Shown here piece after piece: positions 20,372 through 31,104 of a DNA stretch of 64,000 nt. The first letter of the stretch is position 1. Every line of letters starts with the position of its first letter. The stretch covers positions 1-64,000 of the forward strand of contig JANRJA010000018.1 in the NCBI GenBank assembly GCA_033764315.1. The letters run 5' to 3'. Position numbers and translations under genes: made by a program. The notes beneath the pieces were generated by a model, which saw only the letters and a list, made by a program, of their open reading frames with translations, ran no database searches and was not told the DNA's origin. The stretch is from Oculatellaceae cyanobacterium bins.114 (lineage in GTDB: Bacteria; Cyanobacteriota; Cyanobacteriia; Elainellales; Elainellaceae).

Positions 20372-21092
20372 TGAGGCGCATCCTCCTTTCCAACTTCTGG
20401 GCTGCAAAACTCAGCCCCATTACCATGATGTAGTAAATCGCTCCAGCAAAAATTAGCGGCTCGAAGTAAATAAACTTTTCAGCGGCGACAATCGTGCTAC
20501 GCCGCAGGATATCGAGAACCCCAATGACCGAAACAAGCGCAGAGTCTTTGAGCAAGGCAATGCTCTCGTTGACAAGCGCAGGCAAGATATTTTTAAACGC
20601 TTGCGGCAAAATAATATCTCGCATCATTTCTGGGTAGGGCACACCCAATGACATAGAGGCTTCTCGTTGACCTTTATCAACGGCTAGAATGCCACCCCGA
20701 ATTGTTTCTGAGCTATAAGCAGCCGAGTTTAGCGCAAAGGTCACAACTCCTGCTTCGAGAGCTGAGATGGTATATCCCAGCAATTGAGGCGTTGCGTAAT
20801 ACACCAGTGAAAGCTGCAAAATTAAGGGTGTTCCCCTAAAAATTGACGTGTAAACATTTGCAAACACATTCAACACAGGCACACCTGTAATTTTTAGCAA
20901 AGAGAGCACTGTCCCCCAGGTAAACCCAAAAAAAGCAGAGAGTAGTGTGAATTTTAATGTGACCCAAATTCCCTGCAAGATAAAGGGAACAGAGGGCAAG
21001 ATTTTGGTGAAATCTAAATTGAGACCAGTTTGGGGCGGACTGGTCGCCACCTGAGATAAAGCAGTAATAAGATCGAACGACGGAAGCTCCAT
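20364..21092 (-). CDS. polar amino acid ABC transporter permease
   Basis: [37 protein letters not shown]. Confidence 0.93.
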   Translation of the reverse strand: MELPSFDLITALSQVATSPPQTGLNLDFTKILPSVPFILQGIWVTLKFTLLSAFFGFTWGTVLSLLKITGVPVLNVFANVYTSIFRGTPLILQLSLVYYATPQLLGYTISALEAGVVTFALNSAAYSSETIRGGILAVDKGQREASMSLGVPYPEMMRDIILPQAFKNILPALVNESIALLKDSALVSVIGVLDILRRSTIVAAEKFIYFEPLIFAGAIYYIMVMGLSFAAQKLERRMRLSD

Positions 21093-21305
21093 GAGTAAGA
21101 TTCTAAATAATGACTCAATGAAATAAAGGATAAGTTGTTGGGACAACGCTAATGCAGATTAGCGTAGGTTGATCGCCCACAAATGTAGCGAATGTAGCTT
21201 CATGAAAGGAGACTTTTTGCATGACTGAGTGGGCGTCTTGGCGGCACAACCATTGACACCCTTAAAACCACCTCACTCAAGCGATCGCGTGGAATGAATG
21301 AAATA

Positions 21306-21335
21306 GATCCCCGAAATCAGAAGATTCCAGGGATC
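21306..21335 (-). terminator. 13-bp RNA hairpin downstream of the substrate-binding gene
   Basis: Minus-strand GAUCCCUGGAAUC-UUCU-GAUUUCGGGGAUC pairs fully using two G-U pairs. Confidence 0.6.
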
Positions 21336-21362
21336 GGAGATTGCTATCAACCAGAATTGAGG

Positions 21363-22184
21363 TTAGCTAGCTGGAACGGGTGGCGCGTCGCCAAACCACT
21401 TTGTGACTAATTTCTCAATTTCGCCACTATCCAGCATTTGAGTCAAGACAGGGTCAAATTTTGCCACTAGCTCAGACCCTTTTGGAAAGGCGATCGCCGA
21501 GCCAGACTCTCCGGTATTGGGAATCGTGTTGAACTCCAAATCAGGGTTTGCTTCAATGTAACCCTTGGCAACTGTGTCTTCTACGATAGCCGCATCAATG
21601 CGTCCCGCTTTAATTTCTTGAATGATTTCGTTGATTCGGTTGAGGGGCACTACGTTGGCTCCCTGAATCTCTTTTGCGGCTCCCTCTTGAATCGAGCCTA
21701 GCTGTACACCAACTCGCTTGCCCGCAAGACTTTCGGCTGAGGTCAGGTTACTTCCTGCTTTTGCCACGATTGTATTTTGGGCATCGTAATAGATTTGAGA
21801 GAAATCAACGTTTTGCTTCCGTTCTGCGGTGGGGGTCATGCCTGCCATAACAAAGCTAGCCCGCCCAGACTGCAATGCTGGAATAAGGCCATTAAAGTCA
21901 ATATTGTTGATTTCTAAGCCATAGCCCAACTGACTGGTGATATAGGTTGCGATGTCTACATCAAAACCCACAATTTTTTCTTCACCACCTGAGGTGTCAA
22001 TAAACTCATAGGGTGGATAGTCTGCGGAGGTCGCCATAATGAGCGTTTCTGTGGGAGAAGCCGCAGGAGAAGCCCCAGGAGACTGGCTCGCCGTATCAGT
22101 CGGTTGTGAACCACATCCAGCCACAATCACTACTGTTAGAAGGGCACTCAGCAGAGCGGTAAATAAATACTTTAGTCGTTTCAT
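21363..22184 (-). CDS. polar amino acid ABC transporter substrate-binding lipoprotein
   Basis: Lipobox VAGC; SADYPPYEF, GFDVDIA, MAGMTPTAERK. Confidence 0.93.
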   Translation of the reverse strand: MKRLKYLFTALLSALLTVVIVAGCGSQPTDTASQSPGASPAASPTETLIMATSADYPPYEFIDTSGGEEKIVGFDVDIATYITSQLGYGLEINNIDFNGLIPALQSGRASFVMAGMTPTAERKQNVDFSQIYYDAQNTIVAKAGSNLTSAESLAGKRVGVQLGSIQEGAAKEIQGANVVPLNRINEIIQEIKAGRIDAAIVEDTVAKGYIEANPDLEFNTIPNTGESGSAIAFPKGSELVAKFDPVLTQMLDSGEIEKLVTKWFGDAPPVPAS

Positions 22185-22527
22185 TGTTGTGAATAGATGA
22201 GGGAACAGTCTTGTAGTTTGAACTGGTTAAGTTAACCGAGTTAAGCAGAGTGTGAACGGGGGCGGAGAAAATAGGATAACAATTCTTTAAGTGGCTGTGG
22301 TGCTTGTATATCAGCCCTATTGAGATTGATATTGGCAGCGACAACCAAAAACAATGTACCGTACTTGTCAGAAGATAAAGCTCTTAGTTTCCTGAGAAAA
22401 GAAAGAAGGCTTCCACTGAATTTGTAATACTCATCACACGAATAAAGCTATGTTCAAAGGTAGAGCGGTTATTGAGCCTCCTGCGAGAGAATGATTTTTA
22501 AACACGCAAAGGTTTGCATTCCTTGAC

Positions 22528-23421
22528 ATGAAAGGTCAGTTGCAACGGAACGTGCCGGAGAATTTAGCGGGATATGGGTTTATGGCACCCACGCTAATCG
22601 TGTTGGGAACGTTTGTGGTGTTACCGATTCTCTATGCCGTTTTCCTGTCGTTTCAAAAGGTTCAACTTTTAGGGGAGATTGAGTATCAATTCATTGGTCT
22701 TAGCAACTTTGCTCGGTTAGTCGAAGACGATCGCGTCTGGATCGCTTTGCAAAACACGGTGGAATATGTGGCGATCGTGGTACCCACTCAAACCCTGTTG
22801 GCGTTGGGGTTAGCGGTGACCCTTAACTCTGGAATTCGTGGGAAAGGTTGGTGGCGAGTGATTTACTTTATGCCGACGGTCACATCATCGGCGGTGTTGA
22901 CGTTAATTTTTATGTGGCTCTATAACACCAATGGTTTGCTCAACGATGCCCTGGCGTTTGTAGGATTGCCCACCTATAACTGGTTAGGAGATCCAGCGAT
23001 CGCCCTCAAAGGCATCATGGTGATGAATATCTGGTCTACTGCGCCTTATTTCATGGTGATTTACTTAGCAGCCCTGCAAGACATTCCGCGATCGGTCTAT
23101 GAAGCCGCCGAAATTGATGGAGCCAATGAGTGGCAACAGTTTTGGCACATCACCCTGCCCTTGCTCAAACCCGTGACGTTTTTTGTCATGACGATGGGCG
23201 TCATTGGCACCTTTCAACTGTTTGATCAGTCCTACATTTTTTCTAATGGCACCGGAGGCCCGAATAACTCAACGCTGACGGTGGTGTTGCTGATTTATCA
23301 AGCGGTGTTTCGCAATTTGCAGTTGGGCTATGGAGCCGCGATCGCCTTTTTGTTGGCAGTGGTGATCATCATCGCCACGGTGTTACAACGTCGGTTCTTT
23401 CAGGAGGAAGAGCGTGGTTAA
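22528..23421 (+). CDS. carbohydrate ABC transporter permease (MalF/UgpA-like)
   Basis: YEAAEIDGA EAA motif; 6 TM. Confidence 0.92.
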   Translation: MKGQLQRNVPENLAGYGFMAPTLIVLGTFVVLPILYAVFLSFQKVQLLGEIEYQFIGLSNFARLVEDDRVWIALQNTVEYVAIVVPTQTLLALGLAVTLNSGIRGKGWWRVIYFMPTVTSSAVLTLIFMWLYNTNGLLNDALAFVGLPTYNWLGDPAIALKGIMVMNIWSTAPYFMVIYLAALQDIPRSVYEAAEIDGANEWQQFWHITLPLLKPVTFFVMTMGVIGTFQLFDQSYIFSNGTGGPNNSTLTVVLLIYQAVFRNLQLGYGAAIAFLLAVVIIIATVLQRRFFQEEERG

Positions 23422-24319
23422 GACTCTTGACACTCAAAACCAACAACCAGTGAGACGCTTGCGTCTGTTCAGTTCTCCCAATCCCACTGATAAAACCAGG
23501 TCAGGTATATGGTTGAGAGTATTGGTATATGCCGGACTGATTACCTATGCCGTACTCACGCTAATCCCGTTTCTTTGGGCATTGTCTGCCTCTTTTAAGC
23601 CCCTATCAGAGATCGCCAGTGGTGAACCCAATTTCTTGCCGCAACAATTTACCCTTGATAACTATCGCAACATCTTTCGAGAGCCCTTGTTTTTGCGCTG
23701 GCTATTTAACAGTGTGGCGATCGCCGTCAGTGTCACTCTTTTGAATCTTCTGTTTAACTCAATGGCGGGCTATGCTCTGGCTCGACTGCGGTTTCAAGGC
23801 AGACAGTTCTGGTTTTTTCTAATTCTGGTGGTGTTAGCCATTCCTGCTCAGATTACGCTGATCCCTACGTTCTTAATTCTCAAAACTCTGGGCTGGCTCA
23901 ACTCCTATCAAGGCATGATTGTGCCAGGAATGGTCAATGCCACCTTTATCTTTATGATGCGGCAATTTTTTATGAATTTTCCGCGTGAACTGGAGGAAGC
24001 GGCTCAACTCGATGGACTGACTCGGTTTGGCACCTTTTGGCGCATTGTCTTACCTCTGGCAAAACCTGCCCTCGCGGCTCAAGCAATTTTTGTCTTTATG
24101 GGCAGTTGGAATAACTTTTTAATGCCAGTGGTGATTTTGTTTGACCCAGAGATGTTTACCCTGCCGTTGGGTCTAAACACCTTCAAAGGCACCTACATTA
24201 GTTACTGGAACTACATCATGGCGGCCTCAATGGTCTTCACGTTGCCCGCATTGGCAATCTACGCCTTCTTTAACCGCTACTTTATTGAGGGAGTGACCTT
24301 TACGGGAGGCAAGGGGTAA
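23414..24319 (+). CDS. carbohydrate ABC transporter permease (MalG/UgpE-like)
   Basis: LEEAAQLDG, WNNFL, YWNYIMAAS. Confidence 0.92.
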   Translation: MVKTLDTQNQQPVRRLRLFSSPNPTDKTRSGIWLRVLVYAGLITYAVLTLIPFLWALSASFKPLSEIASGEPNFLPQQFTLDNYRNIFREPLFLRWLFNSVAIAVSVTLLNLLFNSMAGYALARLRFQGRQFWFFLILVVLAIPAQITLIPTFLILKTLGWLNSYQGMIVPGMVNATFIFMMRQFFMNFPRELEEAAQLDGLTRFGTFWRIVLPLAKPALAAQAIFVFMGSWNNFLMPVVILFDPEMFTLPLGLNTFKGTYISYWNYIMAASMVFTLPALAIYAFFNRYFIEGVTFTGGKG

Positions 24320-24472
24320 GGAGAAGAAAGAAGAAAGAAAAGAGAAGAAAGAAGGCTGAAGGCTAAAGGATGAGAGGGGATACCGCAGAATGCTGATTGA
24401 GACATAAAACGCTTTTCTCCCTTCTTTTTTCTGTTTTCCCTCTTCTTTTTATGCTTCGTCCTTCATCCTTTT
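24320..24472. repeat. purine-rich/pyrimidine-rich STRR-like inverted repeat tract
   Basis: AGAAAGA/AAGGCTG heptamers, then TTTTCTC/TCATCCT heptamers running into the lnt 3' end. Confidence 0.55.
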
Positions 24473-26059
24473 CAGTAAACCCAACCCGGCGATCGCCAAT
24501 AAGGTCGGGGTTAGCCAATCGCCCCACCGGACAAAGAGAGTTTGGGTTTGACGACGATAGATCGTGGCGATGTGGGTTTCATAGGTTCTAAAGTCAGAGA
24601 TCCAGATGGTGTTACCGTGGGGATCAACGACTCCAGAAAATCCCGTATTCGTAGCACGCACTGCCCAGCGATCGCTCTCAATCGACCGCATGATGTCTTG
24701 AGCGTGATGTTGTGCCATCATCGCGGCTCCATAGGGGTCGTTGTTTGAAGCCGTGAGAATGAACTGTCCTCCTGTGGCGGCCTGATCTCGAAAGATGTAG
24801 GCAAAGGCAGAGTCAAAGCAAATTCCAGCGATCGCCCTGCCAAAGGGAGTGTCAACGTGTTGATGGCGCGAACCCGGAATCATCGATAGCTCAACCGGGG
24901 ATAAGCGTCTAATCACCTTTCCTAATATCGGCTCAAATGGCAAATATTCACCCAGGGGAACGGGTTTAATTTTGTCGTAGCGGCTCACAATTTCACCGTT
25001 GCCTGCAATGGTAAAGAGGCTCTGTGTGACTTTGCCATTCTCTAATCCAGGAGTGCCAATCCAGGTAGGGATGCCCGCTTGCAAAATCGCTTGATAGAGG
25101 GGGTCACGCGATCGATTCATGCCTACCCAAAAATAGGGCAAGGCTCCCTCTGGCATCAGCACGGCATCAACACCTTGAGCCGCTAAGGTGCGATAGCCAT
25201 CGGTGTAAGCTTTGACTGCCCGACGCACACCTTCCTCAAATAGTTTAATGCGAGTGGGGATGTTGCCCTGGATGATGCCAATGTTGAGCTGAGAGTTGGG
25301 CAGTTCAACCAGAGGTCGAGTATAGAGCCATGCCCCAATGCCATGCAGGGTGAGCAAGAGCGTCAAAGTAATCGTTAGTAGCCCTTGAGCGATCCGGTTT
25401 CTGGAGGAACTGGAGTAATACAACCACGCTTCTGCTAACAAGCCATTGACAGCCACGATCGCCCCCGTCACAGCATTAGGCCCTGAGAGTTGCCCCAGAT
25501 GTAAAATCGGCAGATTATGAGGACTTTGAGTAAACGACAACGAAGCCCACCAGAGGGCAGATTGGCTCCACAGTCCTTCGGTCAGGCACCACAACGCTGT
25601 GCCCAATAGCACCGACAGCAACGGTAAACCCAGTGACAGGGTCGATTCAGAGCCAAGCCGATGAGGGAGAAGGATCTTTCCTCGGTTGAGCAAAAATCGG
25701 AAGCTCCAGCCCCAAAAACTCACTAGTGCTCCGCCCCACAGGGTGATAGCTCCCCAGGCAAATAGAGCGATCGCCACACTGGCTAACCAGGGCACTCCCA
25801 TCCACGTCAAGGGATGCAAATCGCGAATCCAGGCGATCGCCAGACCGTAGTAGCCAAATGCCCAAAACAAGGGATACAACCATTGGCTGAATTGGCTACC
25901 CGGATCACTCACATGCAGTCGAATCAACACCCACAAAGGAACCAACGCCACCCAGGCTAACCACCAGGCATTGACCGGAGCCACCGTTAACCCCATGAGC
26001 ACTCCGCCACTGAAGGCGATCGCCAGTTTTGAGGGAAAGTTCAACCGTTTTGCAATCAT
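24449..26059 (-). CDS. lnt: apolipoprotein N-acyltransferase
   Basis: IQGNIP, PEGA, YDKIKPVPLGEY, ICFDS, VRATNTGFS. Confidence 0.93.
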   Translation of the reverse strand: MIAKRLNFPSKLAIAFSGGVLMGLTVAPVNAWWLAWVALVPLWVLIRLHVSDPGSQFSQWLYPLFWAFGYYGLAIAWIRDLHPLTWMGVPWLASVAIALFAWGAITLWGGALVSFWGWSFRFLLNRGKILLPHRLGSESTLSLGLPLLSVLLGTALWCLTEGLWSQSALWWASLSFTQSPHNLPILHLGQLSGPNAVTGAIVAVNGLLAEAWLYYSSSSRNRIAQGLLTITLTLLLTLHGIGAWLYTRPLVELPNSQLNIGIIQGNIPTRIKLFEEGVRRAVKAYTDGYRTLAAQGVDAVLMPEGALPYFWVGMNRSRDPLYQAILQAGIPTWIGTPGLENGKVTQSLFTIAGNGEIVSRYDKIKPVPLGEYLPFEPILGKVIRRLSPVELSMIPGSRHQHVDTPFGRAIAGICFDSAFAYIFRDQAATGGQFILTASNNDPYGAAMMAQHHAQDIMRSIESDRWAVRATNTGFSGVVDPHGNTIWISDFRTYETHIATIYRRQTQTLFVRWGDWLTPTLLAIAGLGLLKRMKDEA

Positions 26060-26088
26060 ATACTACACCCTTAATCCAAGCTACACCC

Positions 26089-27825
26089 TTAATGCAAGTC
26101 AGCATCCCAAACCGCCATATAAATGCGATCGTGATCACTATGCCGTTCAATAATGCCTTCTAGTCCATCTATCTCAAAGGTGTAGCTATTTGATTGGCGT
26201 TGCTGCACCTGCTTTAATTGGTGCTCCATTTCTTCAGTCAACTGCCCACCGACCATGCCGTTTAAGGTAACTCGCAACGTCAGCAGATCGATAGATTGAG
26301 CAAAGGAGGCTTCGCTTTGGCGCACCTGATTGGTATCGCGATCGTAGATATAGGCCAGCGTCACCTTGTTGGGGATCACGTCATATAATGCTGTGCGAGT
26401 ATTGCGCCAATAGCCATCGCTTACACGAGTGGGTGTCCCCAACAATGCCACGATTTGATCTTCACTAGTGCCAACGGTTACTCCTGGAATGCTAGGACGG
26501 CTCGACCTGTTCCCTCGATCTAGCTCTGGTTGGGGTTCATTCTTTGGTTCTGGAGTCGCCGGGGGAGTGCTCTCTGCGATTGTGATGGGGCCTAAAGCAG
26601 GCGGAGGCGTAACTGAGCTGGCCTCTGGAGCAGGCACCTCCTCTGGCAGCTCAACAGGAGTGGGCTGACGCTCAGGGCTAGGGCTTGGTTCGGTTGAGCC
26701 ATCCGTGGTTGCGACAGGTTGGGTCTGCTGCCATACAGTAGCGATTGCCGCAATAGCGATAGAGGTAATGACGACCACCCCTAAGGCTGTCACCAATGAC
26801 CGAGACGGCCCCCGTCGCCTGGGTGGGGTTGAATGAGCGAGAGGATCTGGGGAAGCCAGATCTGCATCAGGAGCGGGGTAAGGAGTACGGGGAGCGATCG
26901 CCTGGGTTGCCGCTCTCGACACCGGATCAGGGATTGGGGTTGGAGGGGTTAAAAGCACTCCATTGGTTCCATGCAGTTCCTGTACTGGAGGCGGCATTGA
27001 CACCGACACAGAAGCATTACCAGGCAACAACGCCAACCACTCTGCAATTGTTTGCGGGCGATAGCGCACTTCTACCGCCATGCCTCGCATGATGGCCTGG
27101 TTAATCGCCGCACTCAACTCTGGATGCAGATCTCGTGGAGTAGGCATCGGTTGGCGATCGCGCAAAATCGCCGCCACCGGGATATAGGCCGTCAATAGCG
27201 TATAAAGGGTTGCTGCCAGGGCATAGACATCTGTGGCAGGAGTACGCTTTTCATGAGAGAGATATTGCTCCACGGGAGCATAACCCGTTGAAATAATGCT
27301 GGTATGGGTTTGGGCGACACCGGGGGTAAACTCTCGCGCAATGCCAAAGTCAATTAAGACAACTTCTTGTGTGCCCTGCCGCAGAATAATGTTTTGGGGC
27401 TTCACATCGCGGTGTAACATGCCGTTTTGGTGAACCACTTCCAGGGCTGCCCCAATCTGCCGAATATAATAAATGGCGATCGCTTCAGCTAGAGGGCGAT
27501 CGGGCAACACCACCTGTTCTAAGGTTTGCCCCGGAATATAATCCATCACCAAATAGGGAATGCCTTCCTCCATAAAGAAGTCATTCACCCGCACGATGTT
27601 GGGGTGGATGCACACGGCCAGTCGGCGTCCCTCATCCTGAAACTGCTGCACCAATCGCGGAAATTGGGGGTCTTGTTGATTTCCCTGGTTCAGCGTCTTA
27701 ATCACAACAACCTGCCCCAAATAGTGGTGAGTTGCCTTAAACGTGATGCCAAAGCCACCCTGACCCAATTGCTGATCCAGGGTATACTTTCCACCTTGCA
27801 ACGTCTTACCCACTGGCGTATCCAT
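26089..27825 (-). CDS. Hanks-type Ser/Thr protein kinase with TM segment and C-terminal extracytoplasmic domain
   Basis: [34 protein letters not shown]. Confidence 0.95.
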   Translation of the reverse strand: MDTPVGKTLQGGKYTLDQQLGQGGFGITFKATHHYLGQVVVIKTLNQGNQQDPQFPRLVQQFQDEGRRLAVCIHPNIVRVNDFFMEEGIPYLVMDYIPGQTLEQVVLPDRPLAEAIAIYYIRQIGAALEVVHQNGMLHRDVKPQNIILRQGTQEVVLIDFGIAREFTPGVAQTHTSIISTGYAPVEQYLSHEKRTPATDVYALAATLYTLLTAYIPVAAILRDRQPMPTPRDLHPELSAAINQAIMRGMAVEVRYRPQTIAEWLALLPGNASVSVSMPPPVQELHGTNGVLLTPPTPIPDPVSRAATQAIAPRTPYPAPDADLASPDPLAHSTPPRRRGPSRSLVTALGVVVITSIAIAAIATVWQQTQPVATTDGSTEPSPSPERQPTPVELPEEVPAPEASSVTPPPALGPITIAESTPPATPEPKNEPQPELDRGNRSSRPSIPGVTVGTSEDQIVALLGTPTRVSDGYWRNTRTALYDVIPNKVTLAYIYDRDTNQVRQSEASFAQSIDLLTLRVTLNGMVGGQLTEEMEHQLKQVQQRQSNSYTFEIDGLEGIIERHSDHDRIYMAVWDADLH

Positions 27826-27925
27826 GATTTCCTGACAGGGCTAATGCTCTCCAAAGCTTAACATTTCAGGCTTGATCGCTTCAGGAAATCTCTCTGGTGC
27901 TTCGTTAAGTATGTTGCGAGGTTGA

Positions 27926-28423
27926 TCAAAGGCCATAGTGTTGTTGTACTTGCTCTAAGGGAACATGCCACATCTGCTCAGGTTGCCAACTATCGACATC
28001 AAAGCTAGAGTGACTCCCCCGCTGATAGGCACTCCACAGTCTGGCTTGTACTTCTTGCCAAGTCGGGTGTTGGTGATAAATAGGCTTGAGCAACCCCACC
28101 CCTAAAAGGACGTGTGCGACTCGAAACTTTGACCCCAACAAAAAGGCTTGCACCTCTGCTTCGCCAAGAGGGTCAGTGTCATACCCCGTTAAGACGTGAA
28201 TGCCATCGTGTAAGTGTTTGCGGCGAGGTCCAGTGGTGAATGGAGCCAGGTTACGGCGATCGAGCGACTCTGCCCAGGCGTGACCAAGAGTGCCTACTGG
28301 GAGCGATCGCAACTGCTCTAAATGGACAAACGGAGGAACACTAACACCCAACTTGTCAGAGATGCGATCGATCAGGTTGAGAAACTGTTGAATCTTAGCG
28401 GGTGAAGGAGGAGAGAAAAGCAT
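27926..28423 (-). CDS. Coq4-family protein
   Basis: LPVGTLG and HDGIHVLTGY...GEAEVQAF (HDxxH...E); ATG 28423 preferred. Confidence 0.75.
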   Translation of the reverse strand: MLFSPPSPAKIQQFLNLIDRISDKLGVSVPPFVHLEQLRSLPVGTLGHAWAESLDRRNLAPFTTGPRRKHLHDGIHVLTGYDTDPLGEAEVQAFLLGSKFRVAHVLLGVGLLKPIYHQHPTWQEVQARLWSAYQRGSHSSFDVDSWQPEQMWHVPLEQVQQHYGL

Positions 28424-28650
28424 AGGAAAAAGAAAGAGGAAAGAACAAGGGTCAAAAGAGGAGAGAGATAGGGGTGCGGCAGTCGGATGGAGATTGACGC
28501 TTGAGGCACACAGGAGAGTTGACCAAATGCCACACACCCTTGATCGACCGGGGCATCCTGTCAAAGGGCTCAACCCAAACAAGGTTGGGCAGGGTAGTTT
28601 GCCAGCCCTGACAAAAACCTGTATGGGTCATCTAGATCGAAGAAATCGGA

Positions 28651-29391
28651 TTAAACGAAGGTAAACCCGCTGTTGAAATCAGAAATGCTAACCCCAGCCA
28701 CTACTCCAATTAATTCAGGGGTTCCAGTACCAGTGGTATTTTTGTAATAGATTCCTGTTCCTGCAAAACCAAGCTGCTCTGGCAGCGCACCCACGCTGTA
28801 GTTCTCAGCACTTCCCTTGAGTTGAATCTTGTCTTGCCCAGGGTTAAAGTCCACGATCAAGGCATAGTCACTGAGTCCAGCGGTGATGGAGTTGCCATCG
28901 TCATAAAAGACCATTGAGCGATCGCCCAGAACAAAGGTATCTTGACCTCCACCCCCACAGAGCGTGTCTACATCGCCTACGCCGAAGTCAGTCGCGGTTG
29001 CCCCCGTTAGCGTATCGTTGCCTAGCCCAGTCCACACGACATCATTGCCATCGGTGCCCGTCACGCTATCGTTGGTGCGGGGGAAGCGGGAGGCTTGAGC
29101 AATATTTTGCAAATCATAGAAAATAGTACGGGCTTCAGTTGGGGTGACACCTGCGCTGTCTACCACAGCTAAAACATCGCCAACAATCGCTTTAAACTCA
29201 GAACGAGTGATCGTGCGATCGCTAAAGGCGGCTTTTACACTTGCTTTAAGTTCCGCCACGCTACTGTCAGAGGGGTAATTATCGACACTGGTTTGAACGT
29301 CACTCACTAACTTGCGAATGTTTTGCTTTTGGGTTTCAGACAGCCGAGCCGCACGTCGAGCCGCAATGCGAGCATTGATTGAAGTTGTCAT
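28651..29391 (-). CDS. Ca-binding (RTX-like) secreted protein
   Basis: GNDVVWTGLGNDTLTG, GGGGQDTF, DFNPGQDKIQL. Confidence 0.8.
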   Translation of the reverse strand: MTTSINARIAARRAARLSETQKQNIRKLVSDVQTSVDNYPSDSSVAELKASVKAAFSDRTITRSEFKAIVGDVLAVVDSAGVTPTEARTIFYDLQNIAQASRFPRTNDSVTGTDGNDVVWTGLGNDTLTGATATDFGVGDVDTLCGGGGQDTFVLGDRSMVFYDDGNSITAGLSDYALIVDFNPGQDKIQLKGSAENYSVGALPEQLGFAGTGIYYKNTTGTGTPELIGVVAGVSISDFNSGFTFV

Positions 29392-29639
29392 GAGATTACT
29401 CCTTAAAGGCATAGGTGAAAACACGTATCAACCATCACTCAGTGGACATAGATTTTTAGTTAGAACGCTGGATGGGTCAGGTTCTAAACCCACACCCTGC
29501 TTTTGTCAGAGCGATCGCCCTCAATCCCTGATGCACAGGTAATTTCACGCAAGCGAAACTCACCGCTGCGGTTGCAGCGATTTGACTCGCTTCAGAAAAA
29601 CCAAGACTAAGTCGTGCCGTTATTGTTGATCGACAGTGA

Positions 29640-30083
29640 TCAACGCTGTTGCAATCGCGATCGCACTAGTTCTTGAACTTGTTGTCGTTGCTCATCTGTC
29701 AACACAGTTGCGGCCTGTTCACGAGCTGACTGAAAGATCGCCCGCAGTTGAGTTTGCTGCTCAGAGGAGAGGTTCATAGCCGCGATCGCCTCTCGAAAGC
29801 CATTGCCACTTTCCAGAGTGCTTCTAAACTGCGCTCGTTGGTCTTCGGTCAACAAGGCTTCTAACTCAGATCGAGTATTTTGCCGAATCTGGTTTAGTTG
29901 GGTTTGCTGTTCTGGCGTTAAATTTAATTCTTCTAAGACCTGCGACCATTGCTCCATGCCGTCTCTCGCTTGAGCCTGCACCACCACAGGATGAAATGCA
30001 ATGGTGAGTCCAGCTGCCAATCCGACGACTGCCATTGCTCCTCCGGTCAACACTGTCATGGGTTTGATCGTTACAAACTTCAT
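29640..30083 (-). CDS. Spy/CpxP-family (LTXXQ) periplasmic protein
   Basis: Signal peptide; LTPEQ, LTEDQ, LSSEQ, LTDEQ motifs. Confidence 0.85.
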   Translation of the reverse strand: MKFVTIKPMTVLTGGAMAVVGLAAGLTIAFHPVVVQAQARDGMEQWSQVLEELNLTPEQQTQLNQIRQNTRSELEALLTEDQRAQFRSTLESGNGFREAIAAMNLSSEQQTQLRAIFQSAREQAATVLTDEQRQQVQELVRSRLQQR

Positions 30084-30312
30084 TGCGGAACCTCCTTTCT
30101 GGATAGCCGTTTGATGCTTCAATCCTAGAAGGTTCAGGAGGGCGATCGCCTCAGATCAATGTCACGACTCAAGGCATGACAAATAGCATAGGTTTTGATT
30201 TCAGTAGAAATACTGACCCGATCAGCTAAAAGCCAAGTGTAATAATGCACAAAGGGGGCTTAGTAATTTGTGATCCAAGTTCAACACACCTCATCCTTAG
30301 GAGACTTCCCCT

Positions 30313-30708
30313 ATGACCCATCGGAGAGATTCGTGGTTCGATCGACAATGGGCGATCGCGTTCTGTCTCTACCTGCTGGTGCTATTGGTTATTACTCTTG
30401 CGGCCTATCTCGATATCTTGCCAACCCAACTTGCTGCCATTCCTTCGTATGACACATTAGGGCATTTCTTCTTAATGGGAATTGCCAGTTATTTAAGTTA
30501 TTTAGCTCTCCGAGGTCGCATGATTTGCGTTTGGCGATGCGCTATGCCATTGGGTCCGGCCCTGATTGGGGCGATCGTCATTGTCGATGAAACATTGCAA
30601 GCCTTTTCGCCCTATCGCACTGTCAGTGTGACCGATGTTGCTGCCAGCTTTAGCGGCATATTGCTGTTTTATCGATTAGCGCGAGCACAACTTATTCTTA
30701 AGCATTAA
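30313..30708 (+). CDS. VanZ-family membrane protein
   Basis: DTLGHF, DETLQAFSPYRTVSVTDVAA. Confidence 0.8.
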   Translation: MTHRRDSWFDRQWAIAFCLYLLVLLVITLAAYLDILPTQLAAIPSYDTLGHFFLMGIASYLSYLALRGRMICVWRCAMPLGPALIGAIVIVDETLQAFSPYRTVSVTDVAASFSGILLFYRLARAQLILKH

Positions 30709-30943
30709 TAATTTCCCAAAAAGCAGCCACAAAAGACTCCAGATCTGGATCAGATTTAGGGCAGGGAGTCACAAAATCATGGACTCTGCGAGCATAGCTG
30801 ACACCGCGATATTGACACATCACCAGCGGTGAAATTGCAGCCATGCGATCGGCATGGGCTTGAAAAGAGTGGATGGCTGTTCGAGAGTCCGAAAAATGAG
30901 AGGGAGTGAGTATATAACGAACTCCACGATAGATCAAGTACAT
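30698..30943 (-). CDS. DUF4278-family small protein
   Basis: Two YRGVxY motifs; GAGG RBS. Confidence 0.7.
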   Translation of the reverse strand: MYLIYRGVRYILTPSHFSDSRTAIHSFQAHADRMAAISPLVMCQYRGVSYARRVHDFVTPCPKSDPDLESFVAAFWEIINA

Positions 30944-31104
30944 TCGCTTAACCTCATAAAATGAGCGACACGAGCTGAAACTTTCTACGTTGATCCCCGT
31001 GAAATTATGCAGAGCATACTTACTAATTTTTACGGTTTTTTCGTTAGAAGTACGGATTTAGCCCTCCAAGAACTTTCAAAGTGCTTTTCTTGATTGCTCC
31101 AACA

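Noticed and set aside
30944..31104. Glutamine riboswitch upstream of the DUF4278 gene (a common association)
   Set aside because: The conserved core elements (CGUU...GGAAGUA...GAAG.AACG) are not visible on the minus strand.
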